A DNA stretch of 17,694 nucleotides from Candidatus Bathyarchaeia archaeon (lineage in GTDB: Archaea; Thermoproteota; Bathyarchaeia; Bathyarchaeales; Bathycorpusculaceae): positions 1-17,694 of the forward strand of contig JBEKKX010000044.1 of assembly GCA_050010515.1 (NCBI GenBank), read 5' to 3'. A program made the position numbers and the translations under genes. Positions 17,369 through 17,694 of this stretch are shown in pieces; position 1 is the first letter of the stretch; every line of letters begins with the position of its first letter. The notes under the pieces were generated by a model. The model was not told the origin of the DNA and did no database searches. It was given only the letters and a program-made list of their open reading frames with translations.

Positions 17369-17694
17369 ATGGTAGTCCAATTAAAAGAATACACGTCAGC
17401 ACAGGCAATAGCTGACGACCTAGACAAGGATTTATCCGAAACCAAAAGCTTACTGGGCGAATATCTGCGTCGTTTAGACGAAATCCGCACTTTAGCAGAA
17501 AAATCAAAAAAAGTCCGCGAAGTCATAATGAAGCTGGCAGGAAAAAAAACCGGCACAGCAGACAGCCCGGGCGAAATAACAGTGGGTACACTAAACATCA
17601 TCTTAGACGCTAATGCGTTCCACGAGTTAACAGCCATAGAAGCCGTCGTGCGGAGCCACCAAGAACGACTGTCGGCATTACAGAAAGCACGCGA
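17369..17694 (+). CDS. 5' part of an uncharacterised coiled-coil protein (142 aa when joined to 19-121)
   Basis: ATG 17369 after GGAGG; MVVQLKEYTSAQAIADDLDKDLSETKSLLGEYLRRLDEIRTLAEK... stays open to the window end. Confidence 0.85.
   Translation, partial: MVVQLKEYTSAQAIADDLDKDLSETKSLLGEYLRRLDEIRTLAEKSKKVREVIMKLAGKKTGTADSPGEITVGTLNIILDANAFHELTAIEAVVRSHQERLSALQKAR
17677..17694. repeat. 18-bp terminal direct repeat, right copy
   Basis: Identical to 1-18. Confidence 0.97.

Noticed and set aside
16480-17637. Track ORFs 16480-16767, 16846-17031, 17069-17380, 17280-17507 and 17329-17637
   Set aside because: They are antisense to the motif-supported Zn-protein, pilin-like and coiled-coil frames.

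Overview
Archaeal DNA, most likely Bathyarchaeia (TACK); this is inferred from gene content and protein style, not from a database search. The right two-thirds is a housekeeping block: CdvB/ESCRT-III paralog, proA, proB, K+-independent H+-pyrophosphatase, pelota, TBP and a predicted nucleotidyltransferase. The left third (~1380-6600) is a more AT-rich accessory region. Its main signal is four direct copies of a 33-40 bp element (TATTTCTACG-N6-AGATTTAAGACTTATCT), each closing a one- or two-gene module. Adjacent modules meet at ACTTA-N6-TAAGT dyads, and individual modules have terminal inverted repeats. This suggests a promoter-carrying gene-cassette array built by a tyrosine recombinase. No intact recombinase is present, only a short integrase-tail-like remnant (15220-15393). 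The first and last 18 bp of the window are identical and one 142-aa ORF reads across that junction, so the sequence is circular, tandemly duplicated or an assembly loop. Several small or damaged ORFs absent from the ORF track were found by hand.
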